A DNA stretch of 64,000 nucleotides, from the NCBI GenBank assembly GCA_000002445.1, contig CP000066.1, positions 1,408,001 to 1,472,000 of the forward strand, written 5' to 3'. The stretch's first letter is position 1, and each line of letters begins with the position of its first letter. Positions 33,183-43,610 of the stretch are shown in pieces. Position numbers and translations under genes: made by a program. The stretch comes from Trypanosoma brucei (taxonomy: Eukaryota). The notes below the pieces were generated by a model. The model ran no database searches. It worked only from the letters and a program-made list of their open reading frames with translations, and was not told the origin of the DNA.

Positions 33183-33246
33183 GTTCCCATATTCTTTTTT
33201 TTGTTCTTGAGGAGTTTTATTGTTTATTGTTTTGTTCTGCTTGCAG
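33183..33246 (+). promoter_or_regulatory. Polypyrimidine tract + 'ttgcag' acceptor upstream of exonuclease paralogue 2
   Basis: 'cccatattcttttttttgttcttgaggagttttattgtttattgttttgttctgcttgcag' lies directly before ATG 33259. Confidence 0.4.
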
Positions 33247-33258
33247 ACTGGATTGGAA

Positions 33259-35547
33259 ATGGATTTGAAGGAGAACCGTAGAAGTTGCACGTTTCATGGT
33301 GAGCCAACAGACACGGGTGACGGAAATGCCTATTCCGATACGCAGTGCTGCAGCACTTCATCATGCATAGATAACGTGCAGTATATTGGTTCTAAAGCAA
33401 GTGGTGTGGAACCAACCTTTGGTGATGGGTTAAAGTTACACGACACAACACACTCAGGGCGTGAGGGTCATCGCTTTCAATCCAATAGAGCTCCCGCTAT
33501 TTCTAACCAGGAAAAGTGCCGTACGGTAAGGTTCATTGCTGCGCAGTGGCTTTCGTTGTTGATGAACGAGTCACCCAACGTGGCGATACCGCCTTCTCTC
33601 CGAGGTCGTAGGAACCAAACGCGTCGCCGTCGCCGTCAACAACAACAACATCAGCAGCAGGTCACCAGGCGGGATGAGGAGTTATCCGGACCTGATGGGA
33701 GGGACAATGTGATGGCGGAGGAGGTCGATAGTGATGAGAGTTACTCGCAAAAGAGGATTCTTCCTATTGGCGTCACCAAAAAAGGTGCATCACCAACCCT
33801 CACTGGAAATGACAACAGGCAAGTGGAGGAACCCCGCACCATGACTGGGAATGATACGCCCACATCTTCGTTTGAGTTAGTGCCACGGGAAGAAACACTC
33901 CCGCAGCTTATGGCCGTGTTGAGGGAAGTTGCCCTGGCGGGTGCTTCTTTATCTGATCTCTCGCCAGTAGGAGATGAGGGGGAGATGAGTACTTCACAAT
34001 CGGTAAGCGAGAAAGCGGAGGCGAGTGTGGCTGATGTAGTTACAGGTTCGAGTAACAGTGGTTGCACACCCGCACAAACCCAAGACGAATTGTTATGGAA
34101 GGATATTCGTAAGCAGTTGAACCAAGTGTGTAAACTGGTTCACAATCGCAGCGAGCTAGCGGCAGAACTAAACAGCACCCTCGGTAACGACTGGTATTTG
34201 AGTGATGATGAACTTCGCAAGGATGAAACGCCCCTCAAGGATTATTGTTTCCAGCTTCCTCCACCACAGGTAAGTTGCGTTGACACCCACTCAGCCGCTG
34301 CTGCATCATCTGAGAGGGAGGCTTCAGAACCAATGGAACAACAGCAGCAATTTCAAAAGCAGGAGTGCACCGATCGTACCCGCACTGTGGCTGTCGCCTC
34401 TGCCGGGTCTCGATTAAATCGGGACGCACCTCCGTTTCACTCCCGGTTGTACGTGCCAACACACCTTAGTTCTTCCTCTACAATTTGGGCGGATGCGCCT
34501 GTTTACTATCCGGGGGGTACATCATCACCCGGTAAACAGAAAGAATTGTCTTCACCTTCAGTTGCACATCAGCGTCCTTCTTTCACACAGACTGCGGAAA
34601 GCAGTTCCTTAGGTGGTGCGTCGGTTGGTTCACCCACGGTGCCTCTCACCACCTCTGCAGGGGCATCAGCAGCGTCAAATGTGGGCTCCTCCACAACTTC
34701 GCCGAGCATAACGTTTAATTTAGAGTCGCGTGAAGGTATGATTCGCAGGAGGACGGCTGCAGCAGCAGCAGCGGCTGTGGCCGCAAATCATTATGTTCAC
34801 AACTCGGGAGGTAATTTTTATAGCGGTGGTCGTTCCCGGGGTGGTTGGGGTAACTCCCATTCACCGGTGGTGACTTATATGAACTGTGCACTGTCCCTCT
34901 CGCAGTGTCCTTTTGACTATTTACTTGTTGTAGATTTTGAGGCGACGTGTGAAGAATACGCGCCACCATCGTACTTACACGAAATAATTGAGTTTCCTGT
35001 GGTTGTGGTTGACGCCAAGCTGCAGCGCGTCATAACGGAGTTTCACCGCTACGTGAAACCTAAGGTGAAACCGCAGCTGAGTGAATTCTGCCGCCAACTT
35101 ACCGGCATCCGGCAGGAGGACATTGATAGCGCCGCTCCACTGGAAGATGTAATCAAGCAATTTGAACGCTGGTACGCGCAAACGATACCACCGGGTAGCC
35201 GTACCGTATTAGTAACAGACGGACCTGCGGACCTTCGTGAATTTATGTACGTGCATAGTGTGACACGGCAAGGGATCCGCTTCCCCAGCATGTTTTACCA
35301 GTGGATTGATGTGAAGCAGGTCTTTGCCCACTTTTTCCAGTGTCAGCAGGGGAAAATAAAGGCCATGCTGGAGGTCCTTCAGTGTCCTTTTGAGGGGCGA
35401 CTCCACAGTGGCATCGACGACGCGAGAAATATTGCAAAAATTGTTATTCGAATGCTGGAGGTTGGGTGCTCTTTTTGCGAGATTCCGCTTTGCCGGCTTC
35501 CATATGGTACCACAACCACTGCTGCTGCAGGCCCAGCTCAGGAATGA
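33259..35547 (+). CDS. ERI-1/3'hExo-family DEDDh 3'-5' exonuclease, paralogue 2 (long low-complexity N-terminal region)
   Basis: The track ORF starts at TTG 33220; the first ATG is 33259 (MDLKENRR...), preceded by polyY and 'ttgcag'. The C-terminal ~220 aa contain 'DYLLVVDFEATCEEYAPPSYLHEIIEFPVVVVD', which is near-identical to human ERI1 'DFEATCEEGNPPEFVHEIIEFPVVLL'. Also present are 'LTGIRQEDIDSAAPL', 'TDGPADLREF' and 'LHSGIDDARNIAKIVIRMLEVGC'. The N-terminal ~540 aa are Ser/Gln/Ala-rich with no recognised domain. Confidence 0.8.
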   Translation: MDLKENRRSCTFHGEPTDTGDGNAYSDTQCCSTSSCIDNVQYIGSKASGVEPTFGDGLKLHDTTHSGREGHRFQSNRAPAISNQEKCRTVRFIAAQWLSLLMNESPNVAIPPSLRGRRNQTRRRRRQQQQHQQQVTRRDEELSGPDGRDNVMAEEVDSDESYSQKRILPIGVTKKGASPTLTGNDNRQVEEPRTMTGNDTPTSSFELVPREETLPQLMAVLREVALAGASLSDLSPVGDEGEMSTSQSVSEKAEASVADVVTGSSNSGCTPAQTQDELLWKDIRKQLNQVCKLVHNRSELAAELNSTLGNDWYLSDDELRKDETPLKDYCFQLPPPQVSCVDTHSAAAASSEREASEPMEQQQQFQKQECTDRTRTVAVASAGSRLNRDAPPFHSRLYVPTHLSSSSTIWADAPVYYPGGTSSPGKQKELSSPSVAHQRPSFTQTAESSSLGGASVGSPTVPLTTSAGASAASNVGSSTTSPSITFNLESREGMIRRRTAAAAAAAVAANHYVHNSGGNFYSGGRSRGGWGNSHSPVVTYMNCALSLSQCPFDYLLVVDFEATCEEYAPPSYLHEIIEFPVVVVDAKLQRVITEFHRYVKPKVKPQLSEFCRQLTGIRQEDIDSAAPLEDVIKQFERWYAQTIPPGSRTVLVTDGPADLREFMYVHSVTRQGIRFPSMFYQWIDVKQVFAHFFQCQQGKIKAMLEVLQCPFEGRLHSGIDDARNIAKIVIRMLEVGCSFCEIPLCRLPYGTTTTAAAGPAQE

Positions 35548-37057
35548 GAAATGGATGCTGCCAACACTCTGCTGTGCGTACCCGCGGTGCTGATGTTGCT
35601 TAGTATTGTTTACAGTTCTTCTTTTGGCTGAGGAGCAGCTCCGTGTGGAGTAACGATGCCTCTGTGTGGGTGCGTTTGTGTATGTATGTGTGGGAGGTGA
35701 AATATGAGAGAAGGAATTGGAATTGACAACCAAGAGCAAAGGAAGGAAAAAGGGAATATACATAAATAAATAAATATATATATATATATATACAGTGAAA
35801 TTTTACCACAGTGAGCTTGTGAGGGAGGAGAGGGAGGAGGACGTGAGACGGAATGGAACGGAGGGATTCAAAAAAAAAAACGAAGAGATATTTGGGGGGG
35901 GGTGGGGGAGAGGAGGGGTTTACAAAACAGAAACAGTTACAATATTTTGGTTGGGTTGGAGTTGCTGTTGTGTTTTTCTAGAGGATGAGGGGATGGAGCG
36001 GGTTGCCAGTGGTGAAATGTGCGCTTGGGGAGTGCGCAGAAGACAATGACAGCGCGGCGAGTGAAAATCGACGTGAAGAGTTGCGAAGGCAAGTACGAGT
36101 TAGAACGAGTCGAAGATATTTCTTTGTTGGGGTAAGTTTATTACCGCTTTTACAATTAGTAAGGCTTCAATATGTATGTGCCCTTTCTCTTTTATCTCAT
36201 TTACTTCCAGATCCCCCATGTGGTAACACTAGTTTTTTTTTCCACGTGAGCGTGGTGTTGAAGTGGTGATGTTATTTCGTTTGAAATGTCGACTTAAGGA
36301 GAGGAAGGGAGGGAAGGGGGGGGGGGAAAAAATAAGGAAAGAAAAAGGAAAAACAATTGCAGTTGTGTAGGCCGGAGCGCACCTGGATTCCGCCTATCAA
36401 TTTATTTCACCGTTTATCTGAGTGTCATATATGGTTAAGTGATCATGCTATACGACCTATATTTGAATGAGTATAAATAAGTATAAATATATATTTATAT
36501 ATTTATATATTTTTGTGTTTTTTTGTTTTTTTGTTTTTTTGTCAAATCAACTAGTTTGGCGAAGGAGCCCAGTTTTTATGTGCATGAGTTATGTACATGT
36601 GTGTGAGCTTGGTGCCAGAGAAGACAAACTTCAGCACCTTCCTATGTTTTTTGAAAGAAAAAAAATTCTTCTTATTCTGCTGTTTTGTTTTACTGCGCTT
36701 GCCACTCATATATTTATATTTATATACGCACATTTTTTTTTGTTTCCTTCTCACTCGTGACGGTTAGTGTTTTTTCATCCAAATACGGGTACGTGTGTGT
36801 TTGTGTTTGTGTATATTTGCACGGGAGGAAGGAGGGAAAAGAGGTAAGTGCAACACTGATGATTGTGTGAAGTTTCTTCTTCATGTCAAAGTATATTTGC
36901 GCTTCTTTCTCTTTTTTTTTTTTATGTTCCCCCTTATTCTCCTTTTTGTTCTTTTTGTTCTTTTATTTCCCCCTCTTTCTTTTGATTCTTATTTTTCCCT
37001 TCTTTCTTCACTCGTTTCGAAAAAAAAAACTGAGAAAATCCAACGGTTGGTGGTGAT

Positions 37058-37118
37058 GGTTGTTGTTGTTGTTGTTGTTGTTTTTATTGTTGGTGTTGTT
37101 GTTGTTTTTATTGTTGGT
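37058..37118. repeat. (GTT)n run containing a perfect 24-bp tandem duplication
   Basis: 'ttgttgttgtttttattgttggtg' occurs twice back to back (37071-37094 and 37095-37118). Confidence 0.85.
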
Positions 37119-37888
37119 GATATCTGTGATGCCGTAAGAAGTTTGCTTTTTCATTACCGTTGTTTTTACTGTACCCCTTTCCCTCATGAAAGGAGAGAAA
37201 GGATCTATTTCCTTGTGTGTTAATTCGTTACTTTTTTTCTCCCATTTTTTTTTTCCCATCGTCTTTTCTCAATTTCCTCGACCCCTCCTTTCTTTTGTTT
37301 TACCCTCCGTTTGTGTGTGTTTTTATTCTTGATTTTTTCTTGCTCCCCGTTTGCTTGTTACCGGCTTCAGCCGCATGCGCAATACTTTTTTTTTCTTTTA
37401 GTTGTATTGATGAGGAAATGAAGTGGATGAATGGTTCAGAAAGGAAAATAACAGAGCAGCCGTATTCGGTCGCAGTGTTTCGTACTGGCCATTGAAGATA
37501 TCCTTTCATTGAATTTCTGCTTTCTGTCCGGCCTGTTGCTTTTACACACCACCCGTAGATTGCTGTTGCTCGCTAATCCTCTTGTAAATATCATTTGCTT
37601 CGCGTTATCTCTTCTCTTCTTTTTTTTTTCTCCCCCTCTTAATTACCTTCGTTACACTTATTTGTTCTGAAAAATATACGACTCTATGTGTACAATACAG
37701 TTGTGTTCCCGTAACGTGATTCAGGGAGTGAAGGAAGTGAAGTATAGATATCACCCCCTCCCCAATTTCTTCCCTAAAGGAAGCATACAGCAACAACAAC
37801 AACATCCAAAAAGAGAGGCGTGTAAAGAAGCTGTGGGTATTATTAAGAGGAAAGGCGACGCCGTGCAAAGCGAAACTACGCCATACTT

Positions 37889-38878
37889 ATGGTTTCTTGC
37901 AAGGCAATACCGGAAAGAGCCAGTGCCAGCAGTAACGGCGTGCAACCTCAAGCGTTTCATACTGACAAATGTTATGACGCTGGAGATATAACTTGCAAGA
38001 AGATGACTAAGAATGAAGGCGATGGAGGTCTATCACAAAGAAAGAATAAACCGCGTGGTCGTCCGCAACCTTTTTCACATTTACTTGTGTGTGACTTCGA
38101 GGCGACGTGTGACGCTGATAGTGCCGGACTGTACCCACACGAGATCATTGAGTTTCCGGTAGTGTGCATTGACACCGCACAACTTGCTGTTGTAGCTGAG
38201 TTTCACTCTTATGTTCACCCAGTGCGCCGTCCGAAACTCACCGCTTTTTGTAAGGAGCTGACTGGCATCACCCAATCGGTAGTTGATGACGCACCAACTC
38301 TGCCGGAGGTGATTCAAAAATTTGGTCAATGGGTTCGTGAAGTGGTGTATCCTCTTTGTAAAATGTGGAAACAACAGTATCCTCCTTCTCAGCTGGCAAG
38401 CAACTGTCTGGGTGATTTGGGAAAAAAATTCAAATATGACGAGAAAGACAATAAAGAGTGGGTGGGTTGCGAACGCATGGTTTGCTTCGCCACCGACGGT
38501 CCGTGGGATATGCGTAAATTCATGCATGAATGCAGCGTGGTCCGCGATGGCCACATTTTTCCGCCGCTTTTCTACCGCTGGGTGGACGTGCGTAAGTGCT
38601 TCAAACAACACTTCAACAAGTGGCCGCGGAAACTGGTCGACATGTTGCGGACGTTGCGTCTCGATTTCGAGGGCAAACAACACAGTGGAATTGACGACTC
38701 CCGAAACATTGCGCGTATCCTCATCGAGTTGATGCGCCGCGGTTTCTTTGTGAAACGCGTTAGTACGATCGAATACAAATGTCCAATGGATGTTGGTGGA
38801 GTGATCCTTACACAAGAAATGCGGGAACTCTGTGATGAGGAAAATGCAAAAGCAAAGCAACGACACCTTCGCGAGTAA
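37889..38878 (+). CDS. ERI-1/3'hExo-family DEDDh 3'-5' exonuclease, paralogue 3 (compact, internal insertion)
   Basis: ATG start. An alternative in-frame ATG lies at 38000 (MTKNEG...). Motifs are 'LLVCDFEATCDADSAGLYPHEIIEFPVVCID', 'LTGITQSVVDDAPTL', 'ATDGPWDMRKFM' and 'KQHSGIDDSRNIARILIELMRRG'. A ~40-aa insertion 'VYPLCKMWKQQYPPSQLASNCLGDLGKKFKYDEKDNKEW' sits between motifs I and II. Confidence 0.85.
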   Translation: MVSCKAIPERASASSNGVQPQAFHTDKCYDAGDITCKKMTKNEGDGGLSQRKNKPRGRPQPFSHLLVCDFEATCDADSAGLYPHEIIEFPVVCIDTAQLAVVAEFHSYVHPVRRPKLTAFCKELTGITQSVVDDAPTLPEVIQKFGQWVREVVYPLCKMWKQQYPPSQLASNCLGDLGKKFKYDEKDNKEWVGCERMVCFATDGPWDMRKFMHECSVVRDGHIFPPLFYRWVDVRKCFKQHFNKWPRKLVDMLRTLRLDFEGKQHSGIDDSRNIARILIELMRRGFFVKRVSTIEYKCPMDVGGVILTQEMRELCDEENAKAKQRHLRE

Positions 38879-39851
38879 CGTGAAAAGAAGGGGAAGACAC
38901 GGGGAAATGCATGAGATTGACCCTTCAGAAACAACAGACAGCAACAGATGACAACAGATGAAGGCGCCGGCAGCGAATGCAACGATCCCTACTCGTGCGT
39001 TACTGTGGCGTAGGGGCTGGCGGGGGTAGGGTTCCTAACATTGGGTATTTGTTAATTGTGTTCAGATATCACTGGTTTTCTTTTTTGTTTACACCAGAAC
39101 CTTTTGCTGTTCATCATCGTTACAGTTCATTCGTTTCAGTTGCAAGTTACTCCAAACGGATAATAATAACAATTTTTCTTTTTGATGAACGTTTATGACT
39201 GTGTTACACGTCTTCCTTCCTCTTTGATTGCATGTTTAGTACAATTACCTCACCTTTTTTGCGTTCGCTCGGTAACTACCGGGTGGGTGAGGAACGTAGC
39301 AAGGCATTGTGTCAACATACATTAGAGAGGCGCAAAGAAAACTCATCGTCCCAAGGTGACGATTGCAGAAGAGGTACAAAGAAAACAGAAAAGAAAAGGC
39401 TTACTCACGCGGGCGCACACACAGAGAAAGAGAGAGGGAAAGGGTGAAAGAGTGAAAGGAACATAACAAAAGAGGAATCAAGATAAAGGTAGGTAACGGT
39501 AGATAGAAAAAAAAACAACAACATCAGAACCCCATATATCACTGGACTGAGGTGTACAGTGACCCATATATAGAAACGAGCGTAAAAAGGTACTTCAGTA
39601 ACGAAGAAGCTAGTGTGCGCAGTGAATATTGTTTGTATTTTTATTTTTAATCCTTTTCTTTTAGTCCGTACAACCCCACGTACCAGCCCGTGGGGGAGGA
39701 TCTTATTATTATCTTCTTTTTTTTAAAAAAAAAAAGAATATCGCCATATTGTTCCCATAGAATCTGTAACTTTCTCACGTATTATTGAAGCACCAACGCA
39801 AGAGAGGACGACAACTCAGACTGACTCACCAGCCAACTTGTCATCGCAATA

Positions 39852-42800
39852 ATGAGTGACCGTCCCCGACCACCTTTTGGCGTGAAGCTTTCGTTTGGGA
39901 AAGTCGTGCAGGGGCTCGGGTCGGACGGGCGCAGCGCCTTCTTGACACCTCGGGATGTGTCAGCGACTCCCGATTCTAATGTGACGAGGGGTTCAGCGGA
40001 AGCAACTGGGAGAGAACAACAACTAGACACAACTTCAGAACTGCAAAGGAGTTTTCAGTACCTCACCCCTCGCCAACAGCAGAGCATTCTTTCTTTTTGC
40101 AGGCCTTTTACTCCCTCCATGTCGGTTCCCCGTGGAGAGCTTCATTCGTCTATTGGCTCCCGTTCCACTTCACCGGTGGTGGTGCGACCGACCAAAGATC
40201 TGCCCCCAACAAAGGATGCCGTAGATGCCCCTCGGATGCCACCAACAGCGGTGAAAAGGGAAGAAAGTGTATTTCATGACGGAGACGGGCAAACTCCAGT
40301 GACTTCTGTACATTCGAGTGTCGTGGCCACCCAATCAGCGTCTGAGGCCGTAAAGCTCAGACCCCCTAAAATTCCCGCTTCTTCTCCTTCCCCTTCCCCC
40401 TCCCCAAAAGCTGCTGTTGCTAATGCATCCGCAACCAGTGCCACGACTACCACCGCGGGACTTGCCACTACTGCGACTGGTGCGGATGTAAGTGCTGAAG
40501 CGGCTGGAAGCGATGCCGCACCGCAGGGTACTGTGTACAATGTCTGTTCACTCTGTGGCCTCACCGTGCTACTTGGCGGGAGCTTTGCAGAGCAGCAGCA
40601 ACAGTGGCAGGACCACATTAATTCTTGGATGCATCAACGTTGCTTGAAGATGCACGCAAATGCGCGTAACGAGAACGTGTACATTGGTGACACCACAACC
40701 GTTTCTATAGGCTCGCCCGTGTCACCTTCGATGTTGAAGGCATTGGAAGAATTTTCATCATCCATTGCTTCATCGGATGCGGGGCAGTCTGCGGGACGGG
40801 CCATCCGATTGTCCCCTGCTCCCTTGAAGTTGCCAGTTTCGGATGATGTGGTCACGGCGCGAGAACTAGAAGCCAGGCGAATCACTTTCTCGTCAGAGGA
40901 CATCACGCCACGCATTCTTGCTGATAGCAGTGAGCACCTATCGCTTGTTGAGAAGAAACTCTTTACTTCCGTTAAGAAGCCACATGTATCAGGTGATGAT
41001 GCTGAGGTTGTTGGCATACTGACAGACGAAAGGGAGGCAGCCACCGCTGGTAAAGCGACGTGCGAGGGAGGGGCACCGCCAATATGCCAGAAGCGAAAGT
41101 TGTTGAAATCAGTCAAAGAATCCGGAGAAACACCGATTCGAGGAGGGTTCCGGAAGTTTGATGTCAATGCTGACCAAGTAAACACGTCGAGCGGTGCTGA
41201 GATGGACGATGCTGGTCAGAGTAATAGCAGCAAGCGGCACTTAAAGCGGAGGCTAGATAAATACTTGGTTGTCAAAGAAAGGCGACTGTTACTTGCTTGC
41301 ATGCGTCACTGGTTTAACAGTATGTTTGTGCGCGTAACGGACAATTTTTTCTCCGTTCGATCGCGTTCAAGCAAGGAGACACCCGATGCTATGGTGGCAG
41401 CATCTCCTACAGTGAGGTGCAGTCGAACGGATACGCCATTGGATGCGTATGTTCCTGGTGTTGGGCAACAAAAGGCGTCACCGGTGGTACGTAAGGGATC
41501 CAAGAAGCAACCGGAGCTTGTTGCTGTGGAGGCTGCTGCTGGCGGTGGTGATAATGAGAAGGGAGAGTTGTTGTTTATGGCTTCACGTGTAAAAGATTTT
41601 GCGCACATCAAGAAGGACTCTTCCGCGGATAGTTTAGAGATGGAAGTGGGGAAGACGGACGTAAAGTGGTATGTCTCTCGCCCCGCAGGGAATTCGCGGA
41701 AGCGGGGGAAAGTCTCATCCTGTAAACATAAAAAAGATGACTCATCCACCCCGTCACTTGAAGACGACAGTAGCATTGAGGAGCTGCTCTCCTCACTAGC
41801 ACCTCCACTGCAGGAACGTGTGCGAATGGCAATCCGTGGGAAGCCCGTAAGCAAGTCGAAGTTTCCCATGACATCCGAGGTTATTAGCATGATGCGGGAT
41901 TCTGTGCAGCAAGAGGTACAACAGTATAGGGATCAACAGTTGTTTCACCAGTTCCAACACCAACAGCAGCAGCAGCAACATCAGCACCACGAGCAGTACC
42001 ATGACAACTACCAGCACCATCCTGTGGCATCCCGTTCCTCCCCAGATGCTGTGGGGATCCCGCAGCAACCGTTTCTTGAACGTCGGGAGTTTGGCACTAA
42101 TACCAAGGAGCTCGTGAACGAGTCGCTACGCATTAGGGAAGGTGAGGTGGGATCTACCAGTTTCAGAAGGGAGCAAGCCATAGATACCTCCGTACCATAT
42201 GGTTACCTTTCACAAATTTTATCAGAAGAGACCCCCATGAGGACTACCGGCTTAACAGAGGGTGTTGTACCCAACAAAGAAGACGAAAGGGGCGGGAAAA
42301 TACTCGCGAACGCGATGGAAGAAGCCAGCGGGGTTGTGGGACGACAGCTACCCCGTCCGTTTCTACTAGTGGAGGGGCGTAGACAACTGAGTGGCGGATC
42401 ATCAGGGAGTTCAGAATGCGGGTCCGCCATCGAAGAAAGGGGCGACGAAGCACCGCGTCCGCGTTCCAACGGCTCCCCAGATGATTGTATGCGGTATTTG
42501 AATGCTGAAGCGAGTTTTAGCGGAAGTCGGGGCAACTCCCGAGACCGAAAGCACCGGCGAAGACGGTCGCGCGCCGTGGAGGCTGCTGAATCGGAAATTC
42601 GCGAACCGAGGCAAATTTCTCAATCGCATATAACGAATCATGCACGTAGAGGAGCGAGCCGCAAGGGGAGGCAACCCCTTTCCATATCCTCGATTCACTC
42701 CACTTTGCGCGCAGGAGGTAATAGCGAACGTCCAACTTCCCCACAAACAACGCCACGAGTACGAGGGACCTCCGGTTCCAGGGCCTCCTTTACTGTTCGA

Positions 42801-43550
42801 AAGGGGTCTATGGAAGAATGGGATACCTCAAGCTGTACGTTTAGAGGCGTACCAGGCGAGTATTACTGTTATGATGGTGAAGCCTACCAGCATGTGGAAG
42901 ACCCTACAGCCGGTGCATTATGTGATAAGTTAGGTCGGCGGCTCCCGCTGTATTTTGTACGCCGCTGTTCAAGCCCTTCGATGTCCCCTACACGGTTCAG
43001 TTGCATGCCAGTGACGAGGTCTCGTAGTCCCCTCGGACCTGGACGTTTGAACCCGTACTGTAGTGTTTGTGTTGAGCGCTACAACATTGTTATGGTTGAC
43101 GAAAACATGCGGGTCCTCTCCCCTGTAGTTAACAGAAGAGGAGGTGGGACCGGTAACTGCGCCTGCACATTTGCAAACAGGGGAAACTCGGCCAGCGGGC
43201 GCGGCAGGGGGAAGCGAAGATGTTCATCGGCGTCAAACACATTTTCCCCTCACAGAGGAATAAGTCCTGGTGGTTGCGTTGAGACGACTGATATCGGCAA
43301 ACGGAAACGAGGGTCCATCGCCCTACCTACAGGGAAACATCACCGTATTGTGGACCTTGAGGCTCTCTCCAGTGAGCAGGTTTGGCTTCTGCAGCAGGAG
43401 CGTCGTGTTCGCTCAATGATAAAGGCACTGTTACGACATGAGTTTCCTGTTAATGAGAAGTGCCGTCAGTGGGTAGCTTACCTCAACTCGTTGAATGACG
43501 CCGCGGAAGCGCTGAAGACGCTGCAAGTTGTGGACCTGACGGACAAATAA
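39852..43550 (+). CDS. Large hypothetical protein (Ser/Pro-rich, poly-Gln/His tract, Arg-Ser-rich stretch)
   Basis: ATG start with a 1232-codon uninterrupted ORF. Features seen are an S/P-rich N-terminal third, 'HQFQHQQQQQQHQHHEQYHDNYQHH', an RS-like 'SRGNSRDRKHRRRRSRA', and a Cys/His cluster 'CSLCGLTVLL...WQDHINSWMHQRC'. I recognised no catalytic domain. Confidence 0.6.
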   Translation: MSDRPRPPFGVKLSFGKVVQGLGSDGRSAFLTPRDVSATPDSNVTRGSAEATGREQQLDTTSELQRSFQYLTPRQQQSILSFCRPFTPSMSVPRGELHSSIGSRSTSPVVVRPTKDLPPTKDAVDAPRMPPTAVKREESVFHDGDGQTPVTSVHSSVVATQSASEAVKLRPPKIPASSPSPSPSPKAAVANASATSATTTTAGLATTATGADVSAEAAGSDAAPQGTVYNVCSLCGLTVLLGGSFAEQQQQWQDHINSWMHQRCLKMHANARNENVYIGDTTTVSIGSPVSPSMLKALEEFSSSIASSDAGQSAGRAIRLSPAPLKLPVSDDVVTARELEARRITFSSEDITPRILADSSEHLSLVEKKLFTSVKKPHVSGDDAEVVGILTDEREAATAGKATCEGGAPPICQKRKLLKSVKESGETPIRGGFRKFDVNADQVNTSSGAEMDDAGQSNSSKRHLKRRLDKYLVVKERRLLLACMRHWFNSMFVRVTDNFFSVRSRSSKETPDAMVAASPTVRCSRTDTPLDAYVPGVGQQKASPVVRKGSKKQPELVAVEAAAGGGDNEKGELLFMASRVKDFAHIKKDSSADSLEMEVGKTDVKWYVSRPAGNSRKRGKVSSCKHKKDDSSTPSLEDDSSIEELLSSLAPPLQERVRMAIRGKPVSKSKFPMTSEVISMMRDSVQQEVQQYRDQQLFHQFQHQQQQQQHQHHEQYHDNYQHHPVASRSSPDAVGIPQQPFLERREFGTNTKELVNESLRIREGEVGSTSFRREQAIDTSVPYGYLSQILSEETPMRTTGLTEGVVPNKEDERGGKILANAMEEASGVVGRQLPRPFLLVEGRRQLSGGSSGSSECGSAIEERGDEAPRPRSNGSPDDCMRYLNAEASFSGSRGNSRDRKHRRRRSRAVEAAESEIREPRQISQSHITNHARRGASRKGRQPLSISSIHSTLRAGGNSERPTSPQTTPRVRGTSGSRASFTVRKGSMEEWDTSSCTFRGVPGEYYCYDGEAYQHVEDPTAGALCDKLGRRLPLYFVRRCSSPSMSPTRFSCMPVTRSRSPLGPGRLNPYCSVCVERYNIVMVDENMRVLSPVVNRRGGGTGNCACTFANRGNSASGRGRGKRRCSSASNTFSPHRGISPGGCVETTDIGKRKRGSIALPTGKHHRIVDLEALSSEQVWLLQQERRVRSMIKALLRHEFPVNEKCRQWVAYLNSLNDAAEALKTLQVVDLTDK

Positions 43551-43578
43551 ATGCAAAAGCGAGTGAGTTGCGAGGACT

Positions 43579-43610
43579 TGTGTGTGTGTGTGTGTGTGTT
43601 GTTGTTGTTG
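43579..43610. repeat. (TG)n-(GTT)n compound microsatellite
   Basis: 'tgtgtgtgtgtgtgtgtgtgttgttgttgttg', immediately 3' of the 1232-aa gene. Confidence 0.9.

Noticed and set aside
38081-38944. 287-aa minus-strand ORF antisense to exonuclease paralogue 3. Other sizeable minus-strand ORFs sit inside + strand genes (5032..5496, 11020..11628, 44193..44720, 28736..29299, 40634..41185, 41306..41890).
   Set aside because: They completely overlap conserved + strand CDSs and have no recognisable motifs. They are typical antisense shadow ORFs of GC-balanced coding sequence.
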